Virus record (IMG/VR): IMGVR_UViG_2974723051_000001 | Location: 10,326-74,325 of that record | Source: a virus | Taxonomy: Duplodnaviria; Caudoviricetes | Length of the DNA stretch: 64,000 bases | Strand: one strand, 5' to 3' | Shown: in pieces, positions 47,401-55,794 of the stretch | How positions within the stretch are numbered: position 1 is the stretch's first letter | Layout: every line of letters starts with the position of its first letter | Notes under the pieces: generated by a model | What the model was told of the DNA's origin: nothing | Seen by the model: only the letters and a program-made list of their open reading frames with translations | Databases searched by the model: none | Position numbers and translations under genes: made by a program

Positions 47401-47696
47401 GTATTGTAAGCTTGGATAACTTCATCAGGTAATTGAAGTAACTTAGCACCTTCTGCTTGAGCACCAGTTGTAACAGATTCACTAAGTCCTCTAGTTACAC
47501 CTTCAATAAAAGATTTACCGATGTTAACTGCACTCTCACCAAAGCTCATGTCTTCGATTGCTGCTTGTCTATTAGCGCGATTAATATCCTCCACATAAGA
47601 CGAAGAAAGCAATGAGGCTTGCGCGTCATTGCTTATCTGTCCCATGCGAGAATTCACGTCATTAGATAGAGCATCCATGAATTCAGTATTTGGCAT
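38409..47696 (-). CDS. virion-encapsidated RNA polymerase (N4 gp50-like, 3095 aa)
   Basis: Motifs REVDGITNG, RKIAKGPLMTSIYG, NVHDA; giant ORF, no Cys seen, as in N4 vRNAP. Confidence 0.95.
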   Translation of the reverse strand: MPNTEFMDALSNDVNSRMGQISNDAQASLLSSSYVEDINRANRQAAIEDMSFGESAVNIGKSFIEGVTRGLSESVTTGAQAEGAKLLQLPDEVIQAYNTVRNPNATEEERAKALDKLAEPADKQEERRGSSFGQFGAVQALARTETYAERIDAALAAQKQAKDIVDAATSLVDINPGNRNKMAADMAPAMQQFDEAWKSDDLSAIAKAGQVLGATLDTIRAAIENPAAIAEYSVESLGQAPFGIIGSAGYSGTVFADAIADYQEKNDGKLPSAADMQEMAAWSVGAGALDRIGDASLVKSAKKASQTGAQTLKETLKGLGKSAVTEGATEAAQTAIEEDVSKLREVQDYGKLLEAGVIGAAAGTTIEGGAVTAKAVKETTTKAKTSLQERNKAFVEKRDAKKSAIESGDVSAFTDTTSDSFSLGESVEVLSKAAAKNPEKREEFYQTAREQTLAKNAEVISLKEELIELGSKESPTEADATRVQEIESELSTLEPEVAKAADTVRAMRVEATPDAATVEQDVQAATTGDVEAAKRSFGSFRVDPESLTADQADAIANADNGLTESENTELRAYATVQRSLETLSTVGSHIVDGGVSRDTGREMLGIRDYQDMVFSGNQDTANKGLQGLKAFADRHTAKADNIEQAYATYQQTKEPQKVDIGSGKQLTIDARSRNLVGTVRQEANALNDAYAAMSPVVTPVAQPTEPVQTQAEEVTPTPEPVAEPEAVQEQPTEQAPTEGTTSVKVGARVYNVTGDSIIDTTTGEEVAAPRARQQIAVLAEKQRATAPDTVVVPDEGIIPTKTLSERNKEVAAFVQSRNEALTKVNEVPLSEWANRARQANPALDTSAATVEGLRLQQEAIKEVYDRYPNSELQRLSTAQEQVAPESLVEQTSVSPEPTDVGLATELSSPAVPAQPVPDQIKDYSLAKELTSKEDTTNLVSEYFNAGNKKSALNKVNDFGTRLKNDTTNTLEQVYEGAVPTEAEVVARSFANFNQSFTGALDSVFEVKEDYLSDDYVQYLVDESGQLPANVKTAMAVGAYEWVIASGKESTIQTYDSIRNLLGLSDEDYVEPELVNVIPTGTRRTSIINSLGTAAFKTLNLKMAPTAPVDAQTRLETAMGLWAYEALRKADVLQEAKPVKGSAIKNVYGVGAPRAIQDLEGSESYVMTQLNLTPGIERVIETNREKSSFMSDVFGSVSERPMPSFKAPKGTTTVSKSTQKVPESQRKILEEDQKKPYYLRQDTVGSFFEFEDDLRKEMLGYVSDTSKIMDVTKAGVDGANRAIERELEIAQEWYQEVQNQTEGIDTPFYLPHTVWKQGRMGIGTRFNPQSSKIHRYMTNRGEWNTTFDFNTEGENYFLLAVGEGFDIEVPKFASDSNGTASQKALEKLNDVLAKEDIRNAIDAMKSIMAGNNTRENQEAVAKGVKAGEGKMKSYLSIVEMAKYENAKASGETSFSHNLAREVDGITNGVAITTLQFSSDNLEQMFTQLQRMGMYDTDLTYNEWQANPANKDSYKSLAENWQRAIEAEVQNQPALQKQYVELSKLFGSFGKLNEEGEMEVTSDGRKIAKGPLMTSIYGAGIATIADHLGSQAIDKIYANLQKAYDTQNTQLVRETLATVNALTGNNYKITKGSQILEFKLTKKDIRNLKQATANVYQAPLKDAMESEYEVSFNARTQLNAAANLAHELFMGMYENEIGKYETLTNEVQQQVLEQLKPVTPIVNTANSKLSSKNLDTQLNTGLMLSGFEMVPAPKEVKVSIKSTKLKGKKSSTSGGQLRSFKAPGAAPIPTMTQSIDAATQVQMLKNATILNVHDASYISGNNFGSDKEKYNQGFLSINYQYSIPQEIAQMLSRVVDGYVASGLEVPPEALKAASKSILGTDTGTLEQLTSAINGLATDHMQNKQKVMKAIVRSEQYSNGEDSAFVPKHKFGSSPQRVIEDNFTFDDTRSIDSMTTERVFEELQKVSVVKDSTNHFEHLRNVINDVVNQAITPFNLHIGSSTETETIGSTDGTDMYIVNQVDGALPKSGSLANGIRMSSSEVFAHELVHNVSMVGVEQQMQERNELVALWNQAKKVVTPRDFMNDPQMSESDPTFKDEYEAAQQRWNHVFKPTVVGKEKGRRRSNHLHEFVALGVTNENFIKALSKIEYANKADELNTATGSVGKLAQRVYNFFRRMLSALQSRMLSTYGKTADKQLEELFKAFAGVDTSAKNALKAKTLRVVKPAQNFIETQVERAVDTVFADTFKKFSDKASAKVKEAVKSGNVQTLTSIIETGYNKLRKSDKSAAELFLSLATEARGRYNYVGILHDMKRLANKNIDRFRMQVRTDYRTAINEAFKEKLTVEQRQALSYGLLKTDLSSLGLTDAEALALVANRSDLTTKIKELEAKAMTFQGYGNYYIRQAKNLGQFMMTGKSYIPNAMLNAQNIADAIGTHRSMPKHARNAEPVIDALATLYAIQAMPTKDKQRFNALVQDDLDGVIFSLNLTKELHKRSKEEFKDNSRHMVKGFMTDKVDPNVAIKVGTLDEQADMEDQGYSLGEAVPKDPNDPDKTTKYLYVNNYGGIPANIGGVSYLMTDTHRGTDVVQSTTSSHNVVNTSDFDAMASKARLATVDSWTSNNLTSRTYSAPLVNQNGDIVNYRYVMSDKVKDDILHRDSSFDDLMGIMMSNLAVKDDMRKQNEDLTKVLRKMYDEDKDNRDDYVSISPRSASEEHREIYRLLPEDMKEAIAASWGGKERLYVRRDVVDLLFGYHKYTAANIWQLDKEERNVYQKLFTNFVEMIFGKKAALRVRQGEELMTALAKAVKDIIVIKSGVVTLGNMLSNVVLLKMMGVPLVDILKGHKDSFKAMRQYKDLNQELEQVRIKLGSPTLSANQRTVYESRLIELEDEMAANPVVDMIDQGLLSTIVEDVDTEVEEYKLRQKVNRKLSDIGWQDRIEDATNRIPQGVRDVAKEALVMQGSNLYDFLSEAAQFSDFGARYVLYKKKLAEGMEPDVAAGYVMDIFIDYDLPTHKGVQYLNDLGLLMFSKYLIRVQRIIAKTFAENPARATIIMLLQNFFGDIPDIMDSTMIVETNPLTRIANPVESFLGAAPDIVTMKPFS

Positions 47697-47699
47697 GTA

Positions 47700-48836
47700 T
47701 TATTTTCCTATGATATTGGATTTACTTACTTTGTAGTTCTTCACCCTATCTCTAGCTTTAAGTAATTCTTTACTCTTCTGCTCTCCGAGACGGATTTGAG
47801 TATCCCGCAAACTTCTAATGTTCTTTTTAGCTACTTGAGCGTCTTGACCATAAGCATAATATTTTGCGGCAATGTCTACAACTCTATCCTCGAAATCACC
47901 TAAACGAAGTTCATTATCTGCGGTACGAGGAGCAGTCATAATTACATGAGCAAATACATCTTCAGGAATTGTATAACCAGCCATCTGTTTCTTAGACAAA
48001 CCAAGTCTATTACGTACAGCTTCGATGACATCATCATCTTTAGCAGCATCACGAACTACTTCCTGAATATCTTCACCGGTGTAATCACCATAACTAAAGA
48101 ATTCAAACTTATCCGGTGCATACTTATTAGCATACTCAGTCCAAGACATTTCACTACGTAAGTCATTACTAGCTTTGAGAGGGTCAGTATCAACAATTGC
48201 TTGTTGTTCTGCCAGCTTATCCATTAGGTTCTGTTCCTGAACTTGGTATGCTGTATCAATAGCTGTAATAGCTTGGTTATACATCATATTACCTTCAGGG
48301 GTTAACTCATTAGCATATTCAAGTTGACCTAAGAATTGGTTACGTGCAGCAGCCTTAACTTCAGGAGACTTATCACGAATCAATGCTTCTAAACCAGCTT
48401 TCAATTGCTCTTGAGACTTACCACCTAATAGACCTTCAGATACATAGTTATCTACCATACCAGAGGTACTACGCATATCAGCTTGTAGTGCTCTCTCAGC
48501 TTGTTTAGCTTGGTCAGCATAGATTGCCTCATCACGAGTATCAAACGCCTTAAACAAGTCTTCACGGTCTACTTCCTGACCATATTTAGAAACCAAATCT
48601 TCAAATGAAGTATTCTGGTACTGTTCAATGGTCTTAATATTTTGAATGGCTTCACGAGCTTCTTGAGTATTCAACGCTGAGCGTTGTTCCTCTTGAGCAA
48701 TATTAGCTTGTCGTTGTCCTTGAGCTAGACCAACGATATTACTAATAGCAGCATCAAATGATTGACCTGCGGCACTCAAAGCACGTGATGCACCAGACAT
48801 ATCCGGTGCAGCCACATTTCTCCAAGTAATCGCCAT
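47700..48836 (-). CDS. ejection protein (N4 gp51 position)
   Basis: ITWRNVAAP N-terminus; adjacent to vRNAP. Confidence 0.7.
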   Translation of the reverse strand: MAITWRNVAAPDMSGASRALSAAGQSFDAAISNIVGLAQGQRQANIAQEEQRSALNTQEAREAIQNIKTIEQYQNTSFEDLVSKYGQEVDREDLFKAFDTRDEAIYADQAKQAERALQADMRSTSGMVDNYVSEGLLGGKSQEQLKAGLEALIRDKSPEVKAAARNQFLGQLEYANELTPEGNMMYNQAITAIDTAYQVQEQNLMDKLAEQQAIVDTDPLKASNDLRSEMSWTEYANKYAPDKFEFFSYGDYTGEDIQEVVRDAAKDDDVIEAVRNRLGLSKKQMAGYTIPEDVFAHVIMTAPRTADNELRLGDFEDRVVDIAAKYYAYGQDAQVAKKNIRSLRDTQIRLGEQKSKELLKARDRVKNYKVSKSNIIGK

Positions 48837-48837
48837 A

Positions 48838-49254
48838 TTAGTTTACTCCATATTGAGTCGTAAACTCTTCTTGGGACATACCTAAACCTCGACCAGTTTC
48901 ACCTACTGACCGTGCACGAGCACGGTCATATAGAGCTTGGTTAGTCAAAGTGCGTTGGTTAGCAAAGTTCTTATTGAATGCTTCCTTTTGGAAATCCAAT
49001 TGGTTCTTCATTAAGTCAATTTGTTGGAAACCAGTCCAAGCATTAGCTAGTGCACCTACAGCTTGTGCAGATGGAGCAACCCAACCGGTATTCTGCGCAT
49101 CACCAAACATTGCACCACGGTTAAATGTATCTTGTCCCCAACTAGCCAATGAAGATAATGCAGACTGGTCAGGAGAAATAGGTTGTGTAACCGGCATTGC
49201 ATTAGGTTGGTTTGGAGCAATACTTTGATTAGGGTTTAAATTAAAATTCCACAT
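48838..49254 (-). CDS. ejection/structural protein (N4 gp52-like)
   Basis: GW..P....GAL..AW.G.QQ..L.K.QL.FQK..F..N..NQ pattern. Confidence 0.75.
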   Translation of the reverse strand: MWNFNLNPNQSIAPNQPNAMPVTQPISPDQSALSSLASWGQDTFNRGAMFGDAQNTGWVAPSAQAVGALANAWTGFQQIDLMKNQLDFQKEAFNKNFANQRTLTNQALYDRARARSVGETGRGLGMSQEEFTTQYGVN

Positions 49255-49261
49255 ATTTACC

Positions 49262-51436
49262 TCACATGCGTTGTGGGAGCATTAAACTATTCTCTACAAA
49301 ATTAGATACAGCACTAATAGAGTATATACCCGGATTAGGCATTATTGAACGTTGTATAAACGAATCAGGTGTATCCAATGGTGACATACCAACTTGAGTA
49401 AATAAACCAAGTGGGTCTAGTTGGCTAGTCATTTGCAGGTCTTCATTAATTTTAGCAAGTTCTGCTTGCTGTTGTTCTTGTTCAGCAGCTACTTCTTCCA
49501 TCTGTGCTTGGATATCAGCAATCTGAGTACCCATATATGCTTGGCCAGCTTGTTGTAAACCAGAACCAATAAACAACATATCATCAGCAAATGGCAGATT
49601 GAATAAACCTTTCTGACCAGTCATACCGTAGATAATCATTGCAGCAGTGATTGCTAGCGCACCTTCCAAACCAAGTTCTTCAGCAGCAAATGTAAATAGA
49701 GCTTCAGCAAGAATACTTGTGATTACCATTTTACCAATGAATACAGCTAGTGACACTACACCTGCCGCAGCAGCAGCTTGCAGAGATGATATCAATGAAG
49801 CCATACCACCAGACATTGCACTGAATGCAATTAGTACTACTTGAGTAACAAACTGGAAGAATGATGTTTCATACCACTTAAGTTTAACTACTTGGAAAGC
49901 ATTAAATACAATCTTAATAGATTCATAGTAAAGAGTATTAGCATCCCTTGTAGATATATTCTCGTAAGCAATACCTACGTTCAATGGAATAACTAACGGT
50001 GCATTAGCTTGGTCACCACCATTTAAATTTACTGCGCCCCATAGATTAGTCCACCAACTTTGACCAGAACCATGAATATTATTAGCCATACATAAACCAT
50101 GAACTGCTATGGTTCGATACGTAGTAGGTGATGTTTGCTTACGTAGGTATAAAACATTCCTATGGTCTTCATACTGAACATTCTTAGCACCGGGTACAAA
50201 ACTAGTATGGGGTTGGCTAGTGAAAATACTCTTACGTATTGTGGTATCCCCTACATTACCAATTACACCATTAGTATCTGTAATAGTAATATAACTAAAT
50301 ACTACAGTTACTTTATAAGTAGCATCTGAGATATTCACAGCATTATAAGGTGGATGGCTATACCTAGCTCCATTGTACCAAGCCATATATGCCTGTTCAC
50401 GGGTGCTAGCCCTAGCATACTCATCTTGAAAATATTCAAATAGGTAATCAATACCAGCATTAGACTTAGTATTAATATCTATACCAAAGATTACATAAGC
50501 ATGGTTCACATCACCAATACTTGGGTTTCTATTAACACCCTCATGTAATTCTTCAATGTCCACATCCATATAACTCAGTAGTTTCTTACTGGTTTGATAC
50601 AACGAAGTATTACGTCTACTAGGGTCTGTATAACTAACTTTATTTACACGTAATGGAACTACTGGAAAGAAGTAAGTACCATCTGGAACTTTACCCGAAT
50701 CACTTTCTAAGTTTAGTTCAGGGAATCTTTTACGTCCCGGATAGTAAGTCCAATATCTACGACCTGTAGGCCAGTTCCTATCTGTATACTTAGTACCATT
50801 AGAATTAATAATTTCATACTCTACGTTGTAATAAGTACCCGTAGGTATAATTGGTTCTTTAAAGTTGTAGTACTTAAGATATCTATAACCACCATTTGTA
50901 GTTCTATACCTATATGCGGTTACATAAATAGGAACACCACGGAAATTAAGTTTAGTAGTATCATACGTCATAGGAGAGGGTTTACCCCTATAAGGGTATG
51001 TAAATATCTCAGGCCACGGATAATAACGTTGGTCCCAACCAGTAAAGTAAGGGTCTTGAACCAGACACTGCAAACCAATGAAGTGAGCATTAGGTGGACC
51101 AAGTGCTGAGAACATAATCTTAATACGTCTACCACCTTGAACCATCCAAGGATTCTCTGCTGCTATAGCTCTTGCAATTGCATCATCAGGGGCTGGATAC
51201 CAACCCTTAGAACCTTCTGGCAAACCATTTGTATACTTATACTTTGCATACTCATACATTGGTTTAATATCTTTAACTGCGAAACAGTTAAGCGTGGAAT
51301 CCAATATATCAGGAACTATATCCCTACCCGCAATAATAGAATTGAGTAGAGACTGTTTAATGTAATCAGGAGTATCTTCAATTAGTGTTTGGGTACTACT
51401 AGCAATAAAGGTACGTCTTTCGTCAAATACACCCAT
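49262..51436 (-). CDS. structural protein (N4 gp53-like)
   Basis: FFPVVPLR, KLKWYET, hydrophobic C-terminal segments; synteny. Confidence 0.75.
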   Translation of the reverse strand: MGVFDERRTFIASSTQTLIEDTPDYIKQSLLNSIIAGRDIVPDILDSTLNCFAVKDIKPMYEYAKYKYTNGLPEGSKGWYPAPDDAIARAIAAENPWMVQGGRRIKIMFSALGPPNAHFIGLQCLVQDPYFTGWDQRYYPWPEIFTYPYRGKPSPMTYDTTKLNFRGVPIYVTAYRYRTTNGGYRYLKYYNFKEPIIPTGTYYNVEYEIINSNGTKYTDRNWPTGRRYWTYYPGRKRFPELNLESDSGKVPDGTYFFPVVPLRVNKVSYTDPSRRNTSLYQTSKKLLSYMDVDIEELHEGVNRNPSIGDVNHAYVIFGIDINTKSNAGIDYLFEYFQDEYARASTREQAYMAWYNGARYSHPPYNAVNISDATYKVTVVFSYITITDTNGVIGNVGDTTIRKSIFTSQPHTSFVPGAKNVQYEDHRNVLYLRKQTSPTTYRTIAVHGLCMANNIHGSGQSWWTNLWGAVNLNGGDQANAPLVIPLNVGIAYENISTRDANTLYYESIKIVFNAFQVVKLKWYETSFFQFVTQVVLIAFSAMSGGMASLISSLQAAAAAGVVSLAVFIGKMVITSILAEALFTFAAEELGLEGALAITAAMIIYGMTGQKGLFNLPFADDMLFIGSGLQQAGQAYMGTQIADIQAQMEEVAAEQEQQQAELAKINEDLQMTSQLDPLGLFTQVGMSPLDTPDSFIQRSIMPNPGIYSISAVSNFVENSLMLPQRM

Positions 51437-51448
51437 ATAATCTTCCTA

Positions 51449-51476
51449 TAAAAAAGGACAGCATATAGCTGTCCTT
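51449..51476 (-). terminator. intrinsic terminator (minus strand)
   Basis: AAGGACAGC/GCTGTCCTT hairpin with A-run on + strand. Confidence 0.7.
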
Positions 51477-51494
51477 ATACCATATTTATTTAAC

Positions 51495-52307
51495 TTATGG
51501 GTTCTGCTGAACTTGAGTAGTCATAGTAGCTACCATCTTATCAATCTCAGGGTTAGTGAGTTTAGAAGGTGGAGCAAATCCATCATCAGTACTACGTTGA
51601 ACAGAGAATACATCAATCATCATCTTAGTAGCTTTAGTGATTGCATCATCTTTAAAGCCTTTAATCTGAGCTGAGTATACATCTTTCTGTTTACCAACAG
51701 TACCGGCTACAACAGCACCGTCAACACTATCAAGAATCTGAGCTTGTTCAGTCTTCTTACGTTGAGTAGTTAATTCAATGTTTGCATCATTAACAGCAAT
51801 AGCAGAAGTAGCTTGGTCAACTTGCTTATCTATTAAGTTACCTTGCTTACCTACATTAACAGTTTCAGCTTGAACCTGTGCATCTTGAGAACCAGTCAAC
51901 TTAGCTTGAGCATCTAATAGAATACCTTGTTTAGGTACGTTCAATGTTTCAGCTTTTACTTGAGCTTCTTGTGCATCAGCCAGTTCAACTTGTTTATCCA
52001 GTAATTGTCCCTGCTTAGGAATATTAAGGATTTCTGCTTGAAGTTGCTTAATCTGTTCACTAGTCAACTCAAGTTGTTTATTGGTTTGAATTGCACTTAG
52101 TGAGAACTGAGTAGCAGTAGTTAATACAGCTTGCATAGTAGCCATATAAACTTCCGCATACTTATCACCAGAGATACGTTGGTTCTTTAACTCATCAATT
52201 AGGTGAAGCTTGGCAACTGCCATCAACTTATCAAACGAACCATCACCATCAATTACACCAGTAGTAATGTCATTGATATCTACAGTAGTTTTAGTAGTAG
52301 TTGCCAT
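51495..52307 (-). CDS. tail/structural protein (N4 gp54-like)
   Basis: G.G.FDKLM...HL..E....RI.G..YA.VY; GKQK..Y.AQ..GF; three 28-aa repeats. Confidence 0.8.
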   Translation of the reverse strand: MATTTKTTVDINDITTGVIDGDGSFDKLMAVAKLHLIDELKNQRISGDKYAEVYMATMQAVLTTATQFSLSAIQTNKQLELTSEQIKQLQAEILNIPKQGQLLDKQVELADAQEAQVKAETLNVPKQGILLDAQAKLTGSQDAQVQAETVNVGKQGNLIDKQVDQATSAIAVNDANIELTTQRKKTEQAQILDSVDGAVVAGTVGKQKDVYSAQIKGFKDDAITKATKMMIDVFSVQRSTDDGFAPPSKLTNPEIDKMVATMTTQVQQNP

Positions 52308-52312
52308 ATTTA

Positions 52313-52909
52313 TTAACCTGCATAAGCGTTAGGACTTTGTAGCGTGTAACCCATTGAACGTTGAGTCTCAGCTAGTTCTTTTAGTTCTTCTCCTGTCAAA
52401 GGAGGAAGTTCAGTAATAGAGAATGCTTTACCTATACGTACATCATCTAGAGTTGTATTTTGATGATTCTTACTGGTTTCCTTAATCTGCTTGATACAAG
52501 TCTTACGTTTAAGTACATCAAGAGCCATACGTGGAATATGCCACTCAACATCACTATCACCATTGTAAGGTACGAATACACGGAATGTACCAATTACCGA
52601 ATTACCTACAGTAATGAATTCACCTTCTCGTGATTTACGTTGAGGGTCATGACATACAACAGTACAACGAACAAGCTCCATAGCTTCCTGTCGAATCTGG
52701 TGTGCAGTCTTAGTATTACTAGTCGGTTTACTGGTTTCTTCTGCAACATTTGCTGCCAACAACTCTCGTAGAGTTTCCAAACTAGAGTTGTGATGGAACT
52801 TAACGTTCATCATCTTCAATTGGTTTTTAAGCGTTTCTTTTTCTTGTTGTTCCAACTCTTTATCTAGGTCAGGAACTTTATTTTCTGTTTCAGTAGCTTT
52901 ATCAGACAT
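52313..52909 (-). CDS. N4 gp55-like protein
   Basis: LVRC.V..HDP.....GE.ITVGNS, WHIP, ELPPLT.EEL.ELA..Q. Confidence 0.8.
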   Translation of the reverse strand: MSDKATETENKVPDLDKELEQQEKETLKNQLKMMNVKFHHNSSLETLRELLAANVAEETSKPTSNTKTAHQIRQEAMELVRCTVVCHDPQRKSREGEFITVGNSVIGTFRVFVPYNGDSDVEWHIPRMALDVLKRKTCIKQIKETSKNHQNTTLDDVRIGKAFSITELPPLTGEELKELAETQRSMGYTLQSPNAYAG

Positions 52910-52940
52910 GGTGTTAAATCTCATATGAGTAAAAGGAAAT

Positions 52941-52962
52941 TGAGAGTCCCGAAGGACTCTCA
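52941..52962 (-). terminator. terminator after major capsid gene
   Basis: TGAGAGTCC-TTCG-GGACTCTCA on minus strand. Confidence 0.7.
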
Positions 52963-52971
52963 TAATTTATA

Positions 52972-54288
52972 TTAAACTTCAGCTAGAGTCCACTGAACGG
53001 CAATCCACTCAGGACGTTCAATGAGCATACCATGTACCCATTGTAGTGAGTGGAAACCAGATTGACCATAAGGGTCAGTACGGTCAGCAGTTTCCATACC
53101 CGGTAGTTTAGTAATCATCTTGAAGTTACCTTTACCACCGAATGCACCTTCTGGAGCGAAACCAAGGTGAGAGAATGCTTCTGTAGCTACTGCAAGCATT
53201 GGGTATGCATTGTAGTACTGTTTAGAAGTGTCTGTGTTAGAACTGTTATTCTCGTTACTTGCACGGCCAGCAGAAGTCTTATAAGTAGAGTCAGAACCAG
53301 CATCTTCTACACCTACCGCAGTGTATTCAGGCATCTCTGGTACAACGATGATACGGAAACCAGCAATAGAACCAATCTCACCACGTAGTGTATTAGTACC
53401 AGCAGCAGCATACTTCTCTACCGGAATAAACACTGGATTGCTAGATGCATCTTTCATATTACGCATCTGCATCTCTAGTGGGTAACCGATGTATAGAGCA
53501 TAACCAGTACCGATGATTTGAGAATCAACTTTACCAGTACCACGTGAAGCAGCTAGACGGTTAGGAGCACGGTTCTCTTTAAGGGTTAGTGCTAGACGCT
53601 GTAAGTCTTTATAAGTAACTACTGAGACAGTACCGCCACTTTCGCCAGTCATCTTATCTAGACCTGTAGCAGCACCGGAGAATACTTCTACACCAGCACC
53701 TTTAAGTAGGTCGATACCAATCATATCTTCCTGAATCTCGTGAGCACCACGTAGTGATTCACGCATTAGGTGACGTAACAATGATGGGTCATCATCGAAG
53801 TGTAGAGATTCTTTAGTAAACTCTGTGAAGAAACCAAGACGATAAGCAGTACCAGAAAGCTCTTTACGTGTAAAACCAACACGGTTTACACGACCACCAA
53901 TCTCAGTAAGAGTTGGTAGTTTACCTTCGATGATACCAATATCTTTAGTTGAACCATACAGGTTCCCATTAGTATTCTTACCACCAGTAGTAGCACCAGT
54001 AGCATCAATACCTTGAGTATTCACGTTACGGTCATCTAGTAGAGGAATGTAGTGATGTTTCTTAATAGTTTTACCAGAGTTAGCTGGTAGACGAACCACT
54101 GAACCCATTTGGGTAAAGTAACGTTCTTTTTCTAGGTCTTCTAGAGCTTCACGGATATATACGTCCAGACGAATCTGTTCACCGATAGAAGACTTGTCTG
54201 ATTGGACTACTTTACCACCTGACACTGCCCAGTGTGGTTTGTTATAAATCATTTGTGACTTGTTTGCATCAACTGTTGGATAAGCCAT
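52972..54288 (-). CDS. major capsid protein (N4 gp56-like)
   Basis: GKTIK..HYIPLLDDRN.N.QGIDA, GGRVNRVGF, DPYG..GF, ERPEWIA. Confidence 0.95.
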   Translation of the reverse strand: MAYPTVDANKSQMIYNKPHWAVSGGKVVQSDKSSIGEQIRLDVYIREALEDLEKERYFTQMGSVVRLPANSGKTIKKHHYIPLLDDRNVNTQGIDATGATTGGKNTNGNLYGSTKDIGIIEGKLPTLTEIGGRVNRVGFTRKELSGTAYRLGFFTEFTKESLHFDDDPSLLRHLMRESLRGAHEIQEDMIGIDLLKGAGVEVFSGAATGLDKMTGESGGTVSVVTYKDLQRLALTLKENRAPNRLAASRGTGKVDSQIIGTGYALYIGYPLEMQMRNMKDASSNPVFIPVEKYAAAGTNTLRGEIGSIAGFRIIVVPEMPEYTAVGVEDAGSDSTYKTSAGRASNENNSSNTDTSKQYYNAYPMLAVATEAFSHLGFAPEGAFGGKGNFKMITKLPGMETADRTDPYGQSGFHSLQWVHGMLIERPEWIAVQWTLAEV

Positions 54289-54307
54289 GATATGTACCTT
54301 CTCTTAT

Positions 54308-55435
54308 TTAACCATATTTACGTTTGAACTCTTCAGATGACATAGCGAATACATCTTCCATCTGTTGAGTTACATTAGCCTTACCACGAGGTTTAGTCGT
54401 AGTACGCTTAGTTTTATTTGTTTCTGCTTTAGGCTTTCGTATAGGCGGTACATTAGCATTGGCCTTTAAAGCATCAGCCTGTTGACCTTTCGGTGCAGTC
54501 TGAGCTTGACCGGCATACATTTCGTCACCAACTTGTTTATACGCAAGAATATCAGGAGTACCTTCTGGAATTGTCCCAAACATCTTACGACGTTCTACTT
54601 CCGCACTTACAGCATCATAAATCCCATTAGACATATGCTCATTAATCATGGCAATTGCTTCAGGACTTTTCTGAACTATTTCACGTGATTGAGTATCCCA
54701 CTCTCGACCAAGAACATTGACAGTCTTTTCATAAGTTTCTGTGTGTTCAATAGCTTTAAGGGCATCTTTCACATTAAGAGCTTGTTCACTTACACTCTTA
54801 TTAGTAGGAGTGTAACCTTCATTCTTTTCATCAACTATTTCAGATAAGTCTTGGTCTGAAATAAGTTTATTAATAGCTTGAGGATTTTTATTTAATAAGT
54901 CAATGGCGAACGAGAGTTTCTCTTCGTCCATCATATCGTTATCTTCAAGCATAGCTATTACTTTACGAGCTGGTTTTAAGGCTTCCATATTTTTATAGTA
55001 GCCAGCACCAAGCTGCATTAATTTTCTAGCTTCGTCAGCAGACTTAATTGGAATATCTTTACCATTAGCTCGCAATGGTTCACCAATTAACTTTTGGTAT
55101 TCTGCTGCATAATCGATTTCAGGTTCATCAGATGTGTCATCAGATTCTTCCGATTCTTCATCAGTTTCCGAAACTTCTTCTTGTTCCGGTACATCTGATT
55201 CGTCTTCTTCACCAAGTTCGAGCTCATCATCTAGACCTTCTACATCGATATACTCATCTTCCTCTTGTTCAGAGGAATCAACGTCATCTACTTCATCAGT
55301 ATCAAGGTTAGAGTCTGCCTCATCGACAGACTCATCTGAACCAAGAGTAGATACATCAAACTTCTCGAACTGTTCAGAATCCATTGCAAAGATATCTACT
55401 GGTTCTTGTACTTGTGTATTGTCTTCTTGGCTCAT
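54308..55435 (-). CDS. N4 gp57-like protein (scaffold / annotated tape measure)
   Basis: Acidic N-terminus; P.RANGK, LMQ.GA.Y, NGIYD, AMS.EEF. Confidence 0.8.
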   Translation of the reverse strand: MSQEDNTQVQEPVDIFAMDSEQFEKFDVSTLGSDESVDEADSNLDTDEVDDVDSSEQEEDEYIDVEGLDDELELGEEDESDVPEQEEVSETDEESEESDDTSDEPEIDYAAEYQKLIGEPLRANGKDIPIKSADEARKLMQLGAGYYKNMEALKPARKVIAMLEDNDMMDEEKLSFAIDLLNKNPQAINKLISDQDLSEIVDEKNEGYTPTNKSVSEQALNVKDALKAIEHTETYEKTVNVLGREWDTQSREIVQKSPEAIAMINEHMSNGIYDAVSAEVERRKMFGTIPEGTPDILAYKQVGDEMYAGQAQTAPKGQQADALKANANVPPIRKPKAETNKTKRTTTKPRGKANVTQQMEDVFAMSSEEFKRKYG

Positions 55436-55438
55436 CTA

Positions 55439-55789
55439 TTATGCCTCATATGCTGTTTGTGAATTACCGTCTTTGAGAATTTTAATCTCAAGTTCAGCCA
55501 TTTCAATTACGTCATAAGCTGCATAGATTTCACGGCCTAGGTTATTGAAATGGTCATTAACCCAAGTCACAGCTTGTACACCAAGGATACCTTGGTTACG
55601 CATAGTTTCATTTGCACTAATAGTAAGTTTAGATGCTGACTCTTTGGCATCAGCTAACTCTTTAAAGATAGCTTTACCAGCACGAGATGTTAGGACTTTT
55701 TGCATTTCTTCATGCTCTTTAATTAGAGCCTTAGCACCTGCAATTTTGTCTTCTTGTTCTTGGATTAAATCATCAATGGTAGGTTCCAT
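55439..55789 (-). CDS. N4 gp58-like protein
   Basis: Small helical ORF between portal and gp57. Confidence 0.7.
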   Translation of the reverse strand: MEPTIDDLIQEQEDKIAGAKALIKEHEEMQKVLTSRAGKAIFKELADAKESASKLTISANETMRNQGILGVQAVTWVNDHFNNLGREIYAAYDVIEMAELEIKILKDGNSQTAYEA

Positions 55790-55794
55790 ATAAT

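Noticed and set aside
38409-47696. Absence of cysteine in the 3095-aa protein as a novelty
   Set aside because: Known property of N4-type virion RNA polymerases.
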